A stretch of 64,000 nucleotides of DNA from Octopus sinensis (Eukaryota), in the NCBI RefSeq assembly GCF_006345805.1, contig NC_043001.1, positions 24,986,001 through 25,050,000 on the forward strand, written 5' to 3'. The notes below the pieces were generated by a model. It was given only the letters and a program-made list of their open reading frames with translations. It was not told the origin of the DNA and did no database searches. Both the position numbers and the translations under genes were made by a program. Positions 1 through 11,395 of the stretch are shown one piece after another (the first letter of the stretch is position 1; each line of letters begins with the position of its first letter).

Positions 1-369
1 ATAATCAGATGGGGCAATGTCAAGCAAATATGGTGAGTGGAGTATCGTTTCCCATTCAAACTGCTCCAACCTTAGGAATGTCATCCTAGCTGTATGTGGT
101 CAAGCATTATCCTGTTGGAAGAACACCTTTCATCTTGAAACCAAAGATGGTTGTTTTTCTTCCAGGGCAAACTTAAGCTGCTCAAGCTGTTCACAGTAGA
201 TCTCCTTTGTTATCATTTGGTTTGGGTTTAAAAGTTCAAAGTAGACTAAACCTTTCATATCCCACCAAACAGATAACAACACCTTACGTGGGTGAAGACC
301 TTCTTTACCCTGGGGTGGGTGCCGGTGTTTTTTCTTTCCTTACCCACTGCTTTCAGCACTTGACATTTT
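1..369 (-). mobile_element. Mariner transposase fragment (catalytic region), same family as 1000-2222, runs off the window start
   Basis: The reverse strand reads WWDMKGLVYFELLNPNQ...QDNA...DIAPSDY and is close in nucleotide sequence to 1630-1970. Confidence 0.88.
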
Positions 370-564
370 AAAACCTGCCTAGAAAATATCTTCAATGTAT
401 GAAACTATTAGTAGCTAATAACTACATGCTGTATACATTAAACAAAAGATAATGCATGAAACTTTCAAACCTTGAGTCACTCTGATACTTTGGTTAGATA
501 GTAATAAAGATATATATATATACACACACATATATGTGCATGTGTGTGTGTGTATTTATGTGTG

Positions 565-767
565 TGTATCTATCTGTCCCCCATCATCTCTTGACAACAA
601 AATTTGGTGTGTTTGCATCCCCATAACTTAGCGGTTTGGCAAAAGAGACCAATAGAATAAGTACTAGGCTTACAAAGAATAAGTCCTGGGGTTGATTTGT
701 TCAATTAAAACCCTTTAAGGCAGTGCTACAGCTTGGCCACAGTCAAATGACTGAAACAAATAAAAGA
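565..767 (+). mobile_element. tRNA-SINE family A, 3' half
   Basis: Matches the right half of the full copies (cccataacttagcgg...aaatgactgaaacaa). Confidence 0.85.
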
Positions 768-999
768 ATATACTCATATTTTGAGTTCAATTTTTCATGT
801 TTGCACCAGCCTAAACACACACACACACATGTGTGTGTGTGTGTGTGATATTTTTTGCAGTGACATTTCAATTTCTGTCCATGAGAAATGGCAATTTATT
901 GCAGTTTAGAACTAATTTTGTTAAAAGGTATGAAACAAACTTATAATATTTACAGATATTACATTTCAAAGTAAAATTTGTACAGCATTACAACAAATG

Positions 1000-2222
1000 T
1001 TGTTAGACATTAGAAGTAAATAATGCAGTATTTTTTGAATTGCATGAACTAAAAGTCGGAGGGTGATGGGATAAACTACCTGCATCAACTTTCTATAAAA
1101 GCTGGTAGTAATTTTACCTTGTTCTTATTCTTAGTGCAAGTTTTGAAGAGTGCAGTCCGATTTTAACAGTTATTTTTTCAAAGCTATAATGGAAGTGACA
1201 AAGGAGCATATTTGGTATATTTTGCTTTATGAGTTCAATAAAGGGCAATAAGCACAACGGAAAGTGCAAGGAATATCAATGCAGTACATGGGGATTGGAC
1301 AATAAGCGTAAGCTGGAGTTGGAAACTACAGCCTAAAAGACAAGCTTTGTCCTGGAAGATCTGTAGAGCTCAGTAAGGGTGTCTTGCAAACCCTGGTGGA
1401 AAAATATCCCTTTGTGACTGTTGAGGAACTAGCAGAGAAGCTTGGATTTGGTCATTCAACCTGCATGCCATTGGAAGGGTCAGCAAATTGGGTCAATGGG
1501 TTACTCACAGACCTTCTGAATTTATCACCCACAGAGAGTGAATGTGTGCTCTTCTTTGCTGTCACATCTCATGAATGAACCTTTTTTTTGGACCGAAAAG
1601 TGACAGGTGATGAGAAATGGGTTCTCTATAAAAATGTGAAGCACTGAAATCACTGGGTAAGGAAAGGAGGAACACCAGCACCCCAGGCTAAATTAGGTCT
1701 TCACCCATGTAAAGTGTTGTTATCTGTTTGGTGGGATATGAAAGGTTTAGTCTACTTTGAACTTTTAAACCCAAACCAAATGATAACAAAGGAGATCTAC
1801 TGCAAATAACTTGAGTAGCTTAAATCAGCACTTGAAGAAAAATTACCATCTTTGATTTCAAGACAAAAGGTGTTCTTCCATCAGGATAATGCTCGGCCAC
1901 ATACGGCAAGGATGATATTCCTGAGGCTGGAGCAGTTTGAATGAGAAATGATGCCCTATCTAATTATCATTTATTCTGCAGTCTTCAAAACCATTTGGTC
2001 AGAAAAAATATAAATTATGTAAACAAGGTCAGAACGTACTGGAGTAGTTTTTTTTATCACACACAAGTGAATTTTGGAAGAGGGGCCTTGCAAGTCTACC
2101 AGATAGACAGAAGAGTATTGTAGAAGATGAAAGAGAGTATATTTTAGATTAAAAAAGAACTTTATCTTAATTTTGAAAAATAAATGTATAAAATACCACA
2201 TTATATATAGGATGATCGAATA
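1000..2222 (+). mobile_element. Near full-length decayed mariner (Tc1/mariner) element with a pseudogenised transposase from ATG 1189
   Basis: Motifs MEVTKEHIWYILLYEFNKG, VTGDEKWVLY, WWDMKGL and HQDNARPH are present, with frameshifts and stops. Degenerate TIRs lie near 1000-1037 and 2190-2222. Confidence 0.9.
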
Positions 2223-2284
2223 TTAGTTTGAGGTACACAAATAAATGATGACCATTGTGGCTTATTTCTATTACAGAATTACCA

Positions 2285-2427
2285 CACAGTGTGGGTGTTT
2301 GATAAAAAGCTTACTTCTCAACCACATGGTTCCTGGTTCAATTCCACTGCATGGCACCTTGGGCAAATGTCTTCTACTATAGCCTTGGGCCAACCAAAGC
2401 CTTGTGAGTGGATTTGGTAGGCAGAAG

Positions 2428-2506
<79 letters not shown>

Positions 2507-2990
2507 TATATATCGTTGCTATTATGCAAAAGTGTCATAAGTCCAAGATGTTTCTTTTTCAGAAAATGAAAAAAATAGTTTCAGCATTCCATAGCAAAAC
2601 CATTGTACAACATTTGGACAATTTTGATATTTTGACATCTGAAGCAGCTGGAGATACAATAGTTTGACCAAAAGAACCGACTATTGCAAGCAAAAATAAA
2701 TATTGTAAAAAACGCATTTGCCCAAATTTGGACATATGACAGTTTAACATAATAGCAACGATTTTTATATGTATGTGTCTTTTGCATGTGTTTGTCCCCC
2801 ACCACCACCATTGCTGAACAATCAGTGTTGGTGTTTACATCCCCATAACTTAGTGGTTCAGCAAAAGAAACTGATAAAATAAGTACCAGGCTTAAAAAAA
2901 AATCCTGCAATCTTTTCATTTGACAAAAAAATTCTTCATGGTGGTACCCCAGCATGGCCACAATCTAACATCTGAAACAAGTTAAAAAGA
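2285..2990 (+). mobile_element. tRNA-SINE family A, interrupted by a MITE in its (TA)n tract
   Basis: Head at 2285-2430, then (TA)n, an insert at 2512-2762 and the right half at 2770-2990. Confidence 0.85.
2512..2762. mobile_element. MITE with about 35-bp TIRs
   Basis: The left end atcgttgctattatgcaaaagtgtcataagtccaa matches the reverse complement of the right end, atcgttgctattatgttaaactgtcatatgtccaa. Confidence 0.8.
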
Positions 2991-4462
2991 AATAAACTAA
3001 CGCCTTTCTTTTCCATGTTGAAAATCTTTGCAGGTAATTCATTTATATTTTAATAAAAATGCAAATATTTGGTAATTCATTTATATTTAAATAAAAATCA
3101 CAAATATTTGGATTGCATCATAGAAAAATAATTGCTAAGATTAATTTCAGTCACAGATTTTTATTTGTTTACATTATAGGAGCTCAGTTTATTTGCTCTT
3201 GAATTATATAAATATCTGAAGTTACAACATAAAAATTTAAAAGGCACTTCCTTTTCTTTGATTTTCTTTTTTCTAAACTGGATACTATGCAAAATCCAGT
3301 GAATTATTTTCTCCTTTTATTTAACATGCTGTTATTTTAGAATTAAAAATTTGTTTATATAACTAAATGACATAAAATTGTATTTTGCTTAGAAAATTAG
3401 TATGAATGAATATATTTTAGCTATGTGGAATTTGTACATTTAATTATGTACTATATTTAGATGGATTGTCATCTTTTTCCCAAGAAAGTTGACCGAAAAA
3501 TAGCCCAATTTGAAACATAAACTGAAAGATTCTCTAGGGTAACACGTCAGAATGATATGTTGTTTATTAACATAATTTAAAGATAATATTTCAGAAACAA
3601 CTTCATTGTTGAAATCTGAAATATTAAATTTCTATTCTAACAAATGGTTTTATCTTCTGCAGTTGTATCTCCTTACCAAAATTACACATCTTACAAGAAA
3701 TCAATGATTTGCTCATAAATTAATATTATATATGCAAAAAGCAGCTTTAACACTTTTCCTATATATAAAAAATTAATGCTTATTACTATAATTTTTCACT
3801 TGATATATCTTTTCTATCTAAAATGTTCTATTTTGGCTTTCTATTGTGAGCTAGAAATGCATTTTGCTTTACTTAATAACAGGAACTTAATTTTAGCTTC
3901 AATAATTCAATTTAGTATTTTTAGTCTTTGGAATAGCTCAAAAGGCTTTTGGCTTTATTATATGCTTCACTAACTTGCATTTGTTGTTCAGCTTTAATTT
4001 GTTTTGATAAATATTTCTTTAAACATGGTCATATATATAGCCACACATAAATTGACTCTTTGAGTGTCCCTATCATCTAATAGAAATATCGTATTCATTT
4101 TCGAGTCTAGAACATATTGAATAGTAACATTTCCTGTCTTTCAAATATTATTATTTCATCCCATTACTTCCCATTATAATCAGGTCAATGGCTAAATTAG
4201 TTGAAGAAAGTGCCCCAGCATAGCTACATTCTAATGACTGAGACCAATAAATGAATAAAAGATGGTTTTAGTATCTCATATTTTTTTATTATTTTCACAA
4301 ATAATCCTTATATTACTGCATACATATATATATTTATATATATATATATATATACAATTATATACTAATACAATTGTTTGTTTGTATTCCACCTGCCTTC
4401 GTCTTTTGTTTATTTCCGTAAACCTGCCTTCGTCTTTTGTCTATTTTCATAAAGCTTACCGT

Positions 4463-4524
<62 letters not shown>

Positions 4525-4593
4525 TAGATTTGGCAAAACAAACAAGAAAATAAAACTCAAAATACATGTGTGTGTGTGTGTGTATATATATAT

Positions 4594-4790
4594 GTAGCGG
4601 GTATGATTCTTGGCCACTACTTCTGGTCTGATCTGAGGGTAGCCCTTAAAAGGACGGTTATCGCAATTAGATCCAATCCAAGAATAGTCCTAAAAAGGAC
4701 TGTTATCGCAATTAGATCAGACTTGAATTAGCCCTGAAAAGTACTGTGGTCGTGTAGCGAGTATGATTCTTGGCCAACGCTGTGAGGACA
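4594..4790. repeat. Minisatellite-like unit: 23-bp direct repeats about 160 bp apart enclosing about 43-bp subrepeats
   Basis: gtagcgRgtatgattcttggcca occurs twice, and aaaaggacKgttatcgcaattagatc occurs twice plus a degenerate third copy. Confidence 0.7.
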
Positions 4791-5238
4791 TGGTACATGC
4801 AAAGTATTAATGCTCAGGGAAGGAAAGAAAGGGTGTTTTACATTTCAAGCAATGCTCTCCTTCAGAAACAGGAGACATAAGAAAGTCCAATGTGTACCAT
4901 ACTGAAATTTACATGCCCCACAGAATTTATAAGTGAGCCACAACAAAATTTTTTAAATTAAAAAAAAAACAATTTAAGGAAGAAAGTAAGTTTAGAGATC
5001 CAATGAGCATTTTAGCATAAGGTGACATCCAGAATATGTATAAGAAACAAGTATCTTACATTTTACCTCTTCCACTCCCTCAATTTGGAATTTTATTCAT
5101 ATTTTTAGCAGCATTAGTTGCTTACAGTGATTCTAGCTGTACAGAATCTATCAGCTTATTGAATCTCTTTGCAACTTCGATAGTGGAAAAAGTGTATAAC
5201 TCTCAATGCCAATAAATTTTATTTTATCTTATCATATA

Positions 5239-5275
<37 letters not shown>

Positions 5276-5630
5276 GGCGCAGGAGTGGCTGTGTGGTAAG
5301 TAGCTTGCTTACCAACCACATGGTTCCGGGTTCATTCCCACTGTGTGGCACTTTGGGCAAGTGTCTTCTACTATAGCCTCGGGCCGACCAAAGCCTTGTC
5401 AGTGGATTTGGTAGACGGAAACTGAAAGAAGCCTGTCATATATATGTATATATATGTGTTTGTGTGTATGTTTGTATGTCAGTGTTTGTCCCTGCAACTT
5501 AGCAGTTCGGCAAAAGAGACCGATAGAATAAGTAGTAGGCTTACAAAGAATAAGTCCTGGGGTCGATTTGCTCAACTAAAGGTGGTGCTCCAGCATGGCC
5601 GCAGTCAAATGACTGAAACAAGTAAAAGAG
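5276..5630 (+). mobile_element. tRNA-SINE family A (small internal deletion)
   Basis: A-box tggctgtgtggt, B-box ggttcattccc, ccttgggcaag-type core, TA/TG microsatellite and the family 3' end. Confidence 0.9.
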
Positions 5631-6344
5631 AAATATACTGTCCACTTTTTGTTCTCTATACTGGTCACCTACTGCTTGAAGCTTACAGACTTCCTGCATT
5701 CGGACCCTTGGATCATATTTATATATCACTGATAAAGAAATTGCTGTTAGTATTTATTTATACATACACCATGCATATAAATAGAGTCAATTGTTTCGTC
5801 TTTCTGTGATTAGAGATATCCAATAGCTAGTGATCAGCTCTATTGATTACTTTAGGGTAGGGAAGAGGAAATTCAATTGTATTAATCCTAGTGTTCAACT
5901 GGTATTTGTTTTATTGACCCTCAGGAAAATAAATGGAACAATTAATTTCAGTAGAAAATTTAGAGGGGAAAAAAGATTCTAAGTAGATACAGCAAGTCAT
6001 TTTGCATGATACTATATCTACTCTGCTTACTCCGTGTCTACTAAATATATTAATAAAACATAAGTACTTTATGATTGTCTACAGGAAAAAGTGAGTCGTC
6101 TTTCAAGAAAGCTTTAAAAAAAAAATACTTTGTATCATTTCAGTACTTCAACAGAGTTAATCTGTTCCTTAGCTTAACATCATCGCCTAACTTTTGGAGA
6201 CATTTAATGGACTTCATTCTGTTACAACCCACTATCTTCCATACTACTTACACAGGCTTTCCTACACCAACCAATCCATATTACTCCTTCACCTCCTACT
6301 TTTCTCATTTGCCTTTCTGCATTCATGGTATTAACCTTTATGTT

Positions 6345-6583
6345 AATACGATGAATGAGAGACAGCGAGCTGGCAGAATCGTTAGCATGCTGGGCGAAAT
6401 GCTTAGCGGTATTTCATATACCGCTATGTTCTGAGTTCAAATTCCACCAAGATCGATTTTGCCTGTCATCTTTTCGGGGTCGATAAATTAAGTACCAGTT
6501 ACGCACTGGGGTCAATGTAATAGACTTTGTCTGTCCTTGTTTGTTCTCTCTGTGTTTAGCCCCTTGTGGGTAGTAAAGAAATA
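6345..6583 (+). mobile_element. SINE family B (Meta/Sauria-like core) with an 18-bp TSD
   Basis: Core gcctgtcatcttttcggggtcgataaattaagtacc. TSD ggtattaacctttatgtt at 6327-6344 and 6584-6601. Confidence 0.9.
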
Positions 6584-7367
6584 GGTATTAACCTTTATGT
6601 TCTTTCTCTCTCCAAAAAAGGACAAACATCCAAAATATTTTTTTTTCTCACTCCTTGTGGCAAAACAATTCACTGTAATTTTTTTTTTTATGGGCTTTAA
6701 GACAATCCTTCTGGTTTGTACAGTTCAATGCTTCTTGCCAAACTATTTCAGTTTTACAGCTGAACACTTTTGTTTTTATTTCTCAAAGAAATATTTCTTC
6801 TGGATAAAAGTTACCTTTTGTAAACAAGCCTTTAAGCACCAATTTTCTTAATGGAAAATAGAATCAAGTTTTATGCCATTCAGGATTTCTTTTTTCACTT
6901 ATTATCTAATAATACAGATTACGTTTCAAAATCTCCCTTCTACAACTTCATCAGATTTTCATTATTAGAGCATTGAACTGAAGTGCAAATATTATATAGA
7001 TTTTCCAAAAAAAGAAAGTATACATATGCATGTTACTGTTATCATCAGCAGGAGAATATACAATATTTCATCACTTTCCAATGTGCATATGACATTTTGC
7101 TGAGCTTTTTCAGAAATGTTTTTATTTCAGACTCTATTCAGTTGATTATGTTGATATTTGAACCATTTTTAAATCCCCTGACATTTAAAAGTATAAATTG
7201 TTGCATTATTTGATTTATCAATGTACTTGTTATTAAAAAAAAACTGTTTCTGAAAACAATCACTTTTTTTATTTACATTCAAAGTCTTATTAAATGATAC
7301 TCAGATATTTCAAGCAAAATTTTCTTTCATATATATATATATATGTATATGTGTGTGTGTATATATA

Positions 7368-7422
<55 letters not shown>

Positions 7423-7894
7423 TACACACACTCCTCTCTCTTTCACCCACACATGCACACACAAGCAAGATATTTAGAATATAAGAAAATGATTTCTAAG
7501 TGTCAAAGCATGGAGATAACCAAAATATAAGTTGATTAATGTCAAACAGAAATGATATAGTCTTTAGTGACAGCATTTTATAAAATGATTTGGGAAAGCA
7601 GTTTCTATTATAGATCATCTCCTTATTTTTTCAGTTGTTTCCTTCCAGCTTAAAAAAGAAAAATACATGCAGTTTATGTGGTTCTTGCAAAACAGATGCA
7701 GAAAGTAATGCAGCACTGCTTTTTCGATATATTTGAAAGCTTTGGTGTATTGTACTTCTGTTTGTTTTGTTTTTTTCTTTTTGTTGTTGTTTTTTTATTG
7801 GAGAACCTAACTTCTACAAATGAGGAAATCAACATATTTTATGGAGAAACAGTCATTTATAAAAGTGCTGATTCCTGCAATATTTCTTCTTCTT

Positions 7895-8500
7895 TTTTAT
7901 TTGTTTCAGTTATTGGATCACAATAATGCTGGAGCAGTGTTTCAAAGGGTTTAGTCAAACAAAGTGACTTTAATTTATTAAAGTCTGGTACTTATTCTAT
8001 CAATCTCTTTTGGAGAGACAGGCACAAAAACAAAGACACACACACACATATATATATATATCATATTACGTGCTGGTGGCACGTCAAAAGCAACTACTGC
8101 ACTCTGGATGCCCTTCCTAATGCCAACCACTCCATGAGTGTGGTGGGTGCTTTTTACATGCCACCGGCACAGGTGCCAGGGGAGGCTGGAAACAGCCATG
8201 ATCGGTTGGTGCTTTTTACATGCCACTGACACGATCGATATATATATATATATATATATATCCACTCAACTGACATTTGAGTGCATCTTTTCCCTGACTT
8301 ATATATATATACACATACACACACAATGGGCTTCCACATATTTTCCATCTATCAAATTCATTTACAAAGCATTAGTTGGCTTGGAACTATATTAGAAGGC
8401 AATTACCCAAGATGTCACACAGTGGAACTGAACCCAAAACCATGTGGTTATAAAACGAACTTTTTCAACTACAATGTCATGCTTGTACAGCAATTAAGAC
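7895..8500 (-). mobile_element. Old SINE family A copy with an RTE 3'UTR fragment (8068-8235) in its microsatellite
   Basis: Reverse-complement similarity to family A. The internal ctggatgcccttcctaatgccaaccactcc is shared with 21805-22500. Confidence 0.75.
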
Positions 8501-8509
8501 AATCTGTCT

Positions 8510-8960
8510 ATTGATCCACTGAAGTTCCTAATTAGCTGTAACTTTGGTGGACCCTCTCCTTGTTGATTAGACTTTGAAAAAGTAGCGTGTTGTAATGCCA
8601 TTGAGAAATTCAAATAAGGCTAATGGACCATTATGCAATGGAATAAAAATTCCCATAATACATGAATGCATTATAGAAAACAACATTGTCACAAGTGGTG
8701 AACATTATGGAAAATATGTCATTAAACTGAGACCTTCTGACACCACTCTGCCATTCATCTGCCTTGTACGATTACAGCTTTAGCAATAATAGTCTTAAAT
8801 TCAGTCATTGAGCAAAATATGTCTTTCCTCCATGATTGATCTATTTTAATTGACAGGAAATATTGTATGTTGCTCTGTCAAAAGTTACAGTGAGCGCTGC
8901 TTGTAGAGTGACAATGTCAAAACCATCATTGAAGTTGTGTGCACTGACATTTTACTCATA
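8510..8960 (+). mobile_element. Helitron PIF1-like helicase C-terminal remnant
   Basis: MPLRN...GPLCNG...IIENNIVTSGEHYGKYV..RPSDTTLPF...LYVALSKV is a decayed form of the Helitron helicase motifs LLRN..GLCNGTRL and GQLYVALSRV. Confidence 0.8.
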
Positions 8961-8975
8961 TTAAAACTTTCTAAA

Positions 8976-9213
8976 TTCTGTTGTGTCTGGGGAGAGTCAT
9001 TTTCTTTTTGTGCCTTATTACGTAACACACTCACCAGTAAAATTTCCACTTTTTTCTTATTTCTAAAAATAATAAAAATAAAAAAAAGAAATTTTACCGG
9101 TGTGTGTGTTACATAATAAGGCACAGAAAGAAAATGACTCTCCCCAGACACAACAGAATATGCTTCAACACACGAACTCATATAAAGAATCTTGCAAACC
9201 AAATCCAAAAACG
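8976..9213. mobile_element. Fold-back insertion (about 70-bp inverted arms plus about 55-bp tail) with a 13-bp TSD, Penelope-like architecture
   Basis: Arms at about 8975-9045 and 9089-9159. TSD aaaactttctaaa at 8963-8975 and 9214-9226. A second copy lies at 36830-37150. Confidence 0.85.
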
Positions 9214-9376
9214 AAAACTTTCTAAAGTTATATAGCATCTAGTTAATTGAGATACATTTTTATACACATAGGTATTTTAGTACATACTAGATGGATCCAT
9301 GAAAAATTCACAGAAAATATAAAAATGTATGCATCTGTAAATTGTGTAGAAATGTTTCTATATTGTGACAGCTAAA

Positions 9377-9592
9377 GGTGGCAAGCTGGCAGGATCGTTC
9401 GCTCGCTGGGAGAAATGCTTAGTGGTATTTAATCTGCCTTTACATTGGGCGTTCAAATTCTGCCAAGGTCATCTTTGCCTTTCATCTTTTTAGGTTCGAT
9501 ACATCAAGTACCAGTTACATACTGGGGACGATCTAATTGAATGCCCCCCCCTCTCCCAAAAAATTTCGGGACTTGTGCCTATAGTAGAAATG
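9377..9592 (+). mobile_element. SINE family B inserted in the Helitron
   Basis: Family B head and core. Approximate TSD tatattgYgacag at 9359-9371 and 9593-9605. Confidence 0.85.
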
Positions 9593-9777
9593 TATATTGC
9601 GACAGGGCCATGACCAGGGTGGAGTGTAACATTGGTTCCAAATGAAGCAAATGAATACATTGAGTTATAGTTTCTGATGTTCCATCTAAAGTTCATTCTT
9701 TCAATGTCAGTAGTCTCCAAAAGTTGTTTTAATTCAGCAGGATATTCTTGTAGATTAGGCAAGGAAACCTCACCATG

Positions 9778-10168
9778 GAAGGAAATTCAACGATGTTTCA
9801 TGGTCTGCTACCACAACAGCTCCTTTATAGAATCCAGTTAGTTCAAGACATCATCAGGAGGAACCACGTCCGGTTTCGGACCCTACTCCTCTACCGTTTT
9901 GACGTGGCGGCCCCACCCCTTTCGGAGGTGTCTTCAGCTCTGGTGTTGGGTGCATGTCTTCTTTCTTCTGTTCCCTGGCCACTTCGATGTAGCATCAATG
10001 AGCGTCAGCGGGCGACTGACTGTCTTGTCAAATTTCCCTTTAAATACCTGCTGCTAGGCTCCAGCAGGCAGCCCCAGCAAGTTGTCACATGACACTGTCT
10101 CAACTTTAACTAACCAATGAAGGCATGTAGTCTTAGCCCACACATTCTCTAAACGAGACCGTCAACTA
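9778..10168 (-). mobile_element. GC-richer insertion splitting the Helitron CC|HG codons, possibly a Penelope-like pseudo-LTR
   Basis: Removing it restores CCHGEVSLP. There is no clear TSD. The minus strand has CTGAAGA, CTGATGA and GAAAC motifs. Confidence 0.6.
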
Positions 10169-10879
10169 GCAGCAATTAAATGCTTCCTGCAGAAATCTAC
10201 ATTCATGACAGTATAAGCATACTACATTCATCTCACAAGTCATAAATTGAGAATTTTGTTGTTCTTTTTAATATTCCATCTTATTTGAACTCTGAAATAA
10301 GCTAATTCTGTTTCATCTTCCATATTTTTCTTTCTTTCTTGAATTCTGTAATTCTGCCTTTCAACTTCATCCATATGTTCCCTTCTTTCTTGAACTCAGC
10401 TGCCTTTGCTCTTGATTCATGTGTTCTCAATTCTGTTGATCTCCATCTCTCTTATTTTGAAAATACACTTCTCTTTAGTCGTGGCTCATTTGTTTTATCC
10501 TTTGCTGATATTTTTCCCACCTATGTTGTACGATACACTCCCTCTCCTCTTGGCTTATTTCTTTTCTTCTCTGTCTCATGCTCATGCGATTTTGATTCCT
10601 TATTTCCTCCCGCTGTTCCTCACACAACCGTTGTCTCCTTCTACACTGACGCACTCATGCTGTGTCCCTCATGCAACTATCCATATTTTAAAACTTGTTA
10701 TTAAAACAATAAATCTCCAAAATGAATCAGTGTGCTTCAATTGAAAAACATATACGAATGTATAAGACAGTTTTTGTTTAAAAGGTGAAAATATTTCTAA
10801 AATACTTACCTAATATGCAAGGAGACAGTATATAGAATATGGTAATTAATTATATTGTAGGAAAGTAAAAAGTAATGGG

Positions 10880-11395
10880 AAAAAAATAGAATTTATATTT
10901 TTGATTTTGTTCGGCTCTATGAGTTTAATTTTTTTTTTTATGTTTTCGTCAATTGCTTGATACAAGAAAAATGAAATTGGAAAAATTCTGATCAAAACAG
11001 AAATTCTAACTAAATAAAAAATATAGGAAGAGAAAATTGCGTTTATTTTCACCATACAACACTTATTATTGCACACATACACACACACATACATTCATAT
11101 ATGTGTGTGTGTGTCTTAGTTTTTGTTTATTTATAAACATCAAGAAATGCACCAATTGAACAACTCTGTATTATTGTTTAATTTGCCAAAAATAACCACT
11201 AATTCTATCTCATACTATGCTCCTGTTAGTATTAAGGAAAGAATAGAATTAATATTTTTGATTTTGTTTAGCTCAATGAATCTAATTTTTTTAAATGCTT
11301 TCATCCATTACTTGATACCAGGAAAAAGAAATTTCTAAAAATCCTGACCAAAACAGAGAAATTGTAACTTAACAAAAAATATATAGAAAGAGAAA
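10880..11395. repeat. Diverged direct repeat of about 160 bp (10880-11035 and 11236-11395)
   Basis: aatagaatt.atatttttgattttgtt..gctc.atga...cttgatac..gaaaa...ctga.caaaacaga occurs twice. Confidence 0.75.

Larger units (their letters stand above)
9287..10700 (-). mobile_element. Internally deleted Helitron (N-terminal RepHel remnant joined to its 3' CTAG end) with nested insertions
   Basis: The reverse strand reads MNVVCLYCHECRFLQEAFNCC|HGEVSLPNLQEYPAELKQLL...IRNYNSMYSFASFG..PGHGP. CTAG at 9287-9290 follows a degenerate hairpin. Confidence 0.82.

Noticed and set aside
4594-4790. CRISPR-like repeat-spacer appearance
   Set aside because: There are only 2-3 imperfect repeats, the spacers are short and related, the context is eukaryotic and no cas genes are present.
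5276-5345. tRNA genes
   Set aside because: The A/B boxes belong to SINE heads, which have no complete cloverleaf and always continue into SINE bodies.
5414-5437. GAAAC/CTGAAAGA within the SINE A hairpin as a hammerhead
   Set aside because: The motif order and spacing are wrong, and there is no three-way junction.
6085-6090. Possible 6-nt microexon (ctacag|GAAAAA|gtgagt), with similar 3-15 nt patterns at about 19493 and 52247 on the minus strand
   Set aside because: These cannot be distinguished from chance without RNA data.
7649-7735. KKKNTCSLCGSC, resembling the start of a C1 domain
   Set aside because: Cys/His spacing does not fit C1, and there is no suitable in-frame donor before the stop.
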